DNA of 64,000 bases from a virus: positions 58,780-122,779 of the IMG/VR virus record IMGVR_UViG_3300042114_000045; one strand, given 5' to 3'. The position numbers were made by a program, and so were the translations under genes. The notes below the pieces were generated by a model. That model was not told the DNA's origin and searched no databases. It saw only the letters and a list, made by a program, of their open reading frames with translations. Shown here in pieces: positions 63,908 through 64,000 of the stretch. How positions within the stretch are numbered: the stretch's first letter is position 1; every line of letters begins with the position of its first letter.

Positions 63908-64000
63908 TTAATTACCTTTAACATTCAAGACTACTAATGTCATCTTGTGTTTGTTTTTCTACAGTATTATATCCTATACTTGCTGTATCATCGTTTATGT

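Noticed and set aside
1-64000. Stop-codon reassignment (alternative genetic code)
   Set aside because: Conserved genes are full length in the standard code, TAG terminates genes at sensible positions, and no suppressor tRNA was seen.

Overview
AT-rich, densely coded segment of a large lytic dsDNA phage. Genes run almost all on the + strand until about 60.2 kb, where a minus-strand block of probable virion proteins begins. The tmRNA tag (ANNVNYRSAQFVRVAA) points to a Campylobacterota-like host, and the C-terminus of a T7/N4-type single-subunit RNA polymerase at the left edge suggests an N4-like lineage; both are inferences. In order, the window holds: small early hypothetical genes, degenerate tRNA-like RNAs, a -1 frameshift fusing a membrane anchor to a lytic transglycosylase, a Ro60/TROVE-like (DUF2828-type) gene among repeated CAGCAA hairpin RNAs, a TerC/TerD/TelA cluster, tmRNA and tRNAs, an NAD+ salvage/ADP-ribose module, RNA repair enzymes, an E1/E2/JAB ubiquitin-like cassette, and the replication and nucleotide-metabolism core. 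The standout is a compact retron-type reverse transcriptase (40087-40845) followed by a tandem array of five divergent msr/msd-like non-coding units (40851-41902). A sixth, orphan unit (47259-47484) lies between the exonuclease and polymerase halves of the DNA polymerase. All units share terminal inverted repeats, a candidate branch G and a conserved internal motif, but each carries a different hairpin. All calls come from reading motifs and base-pairing by eye; no database searches were run.
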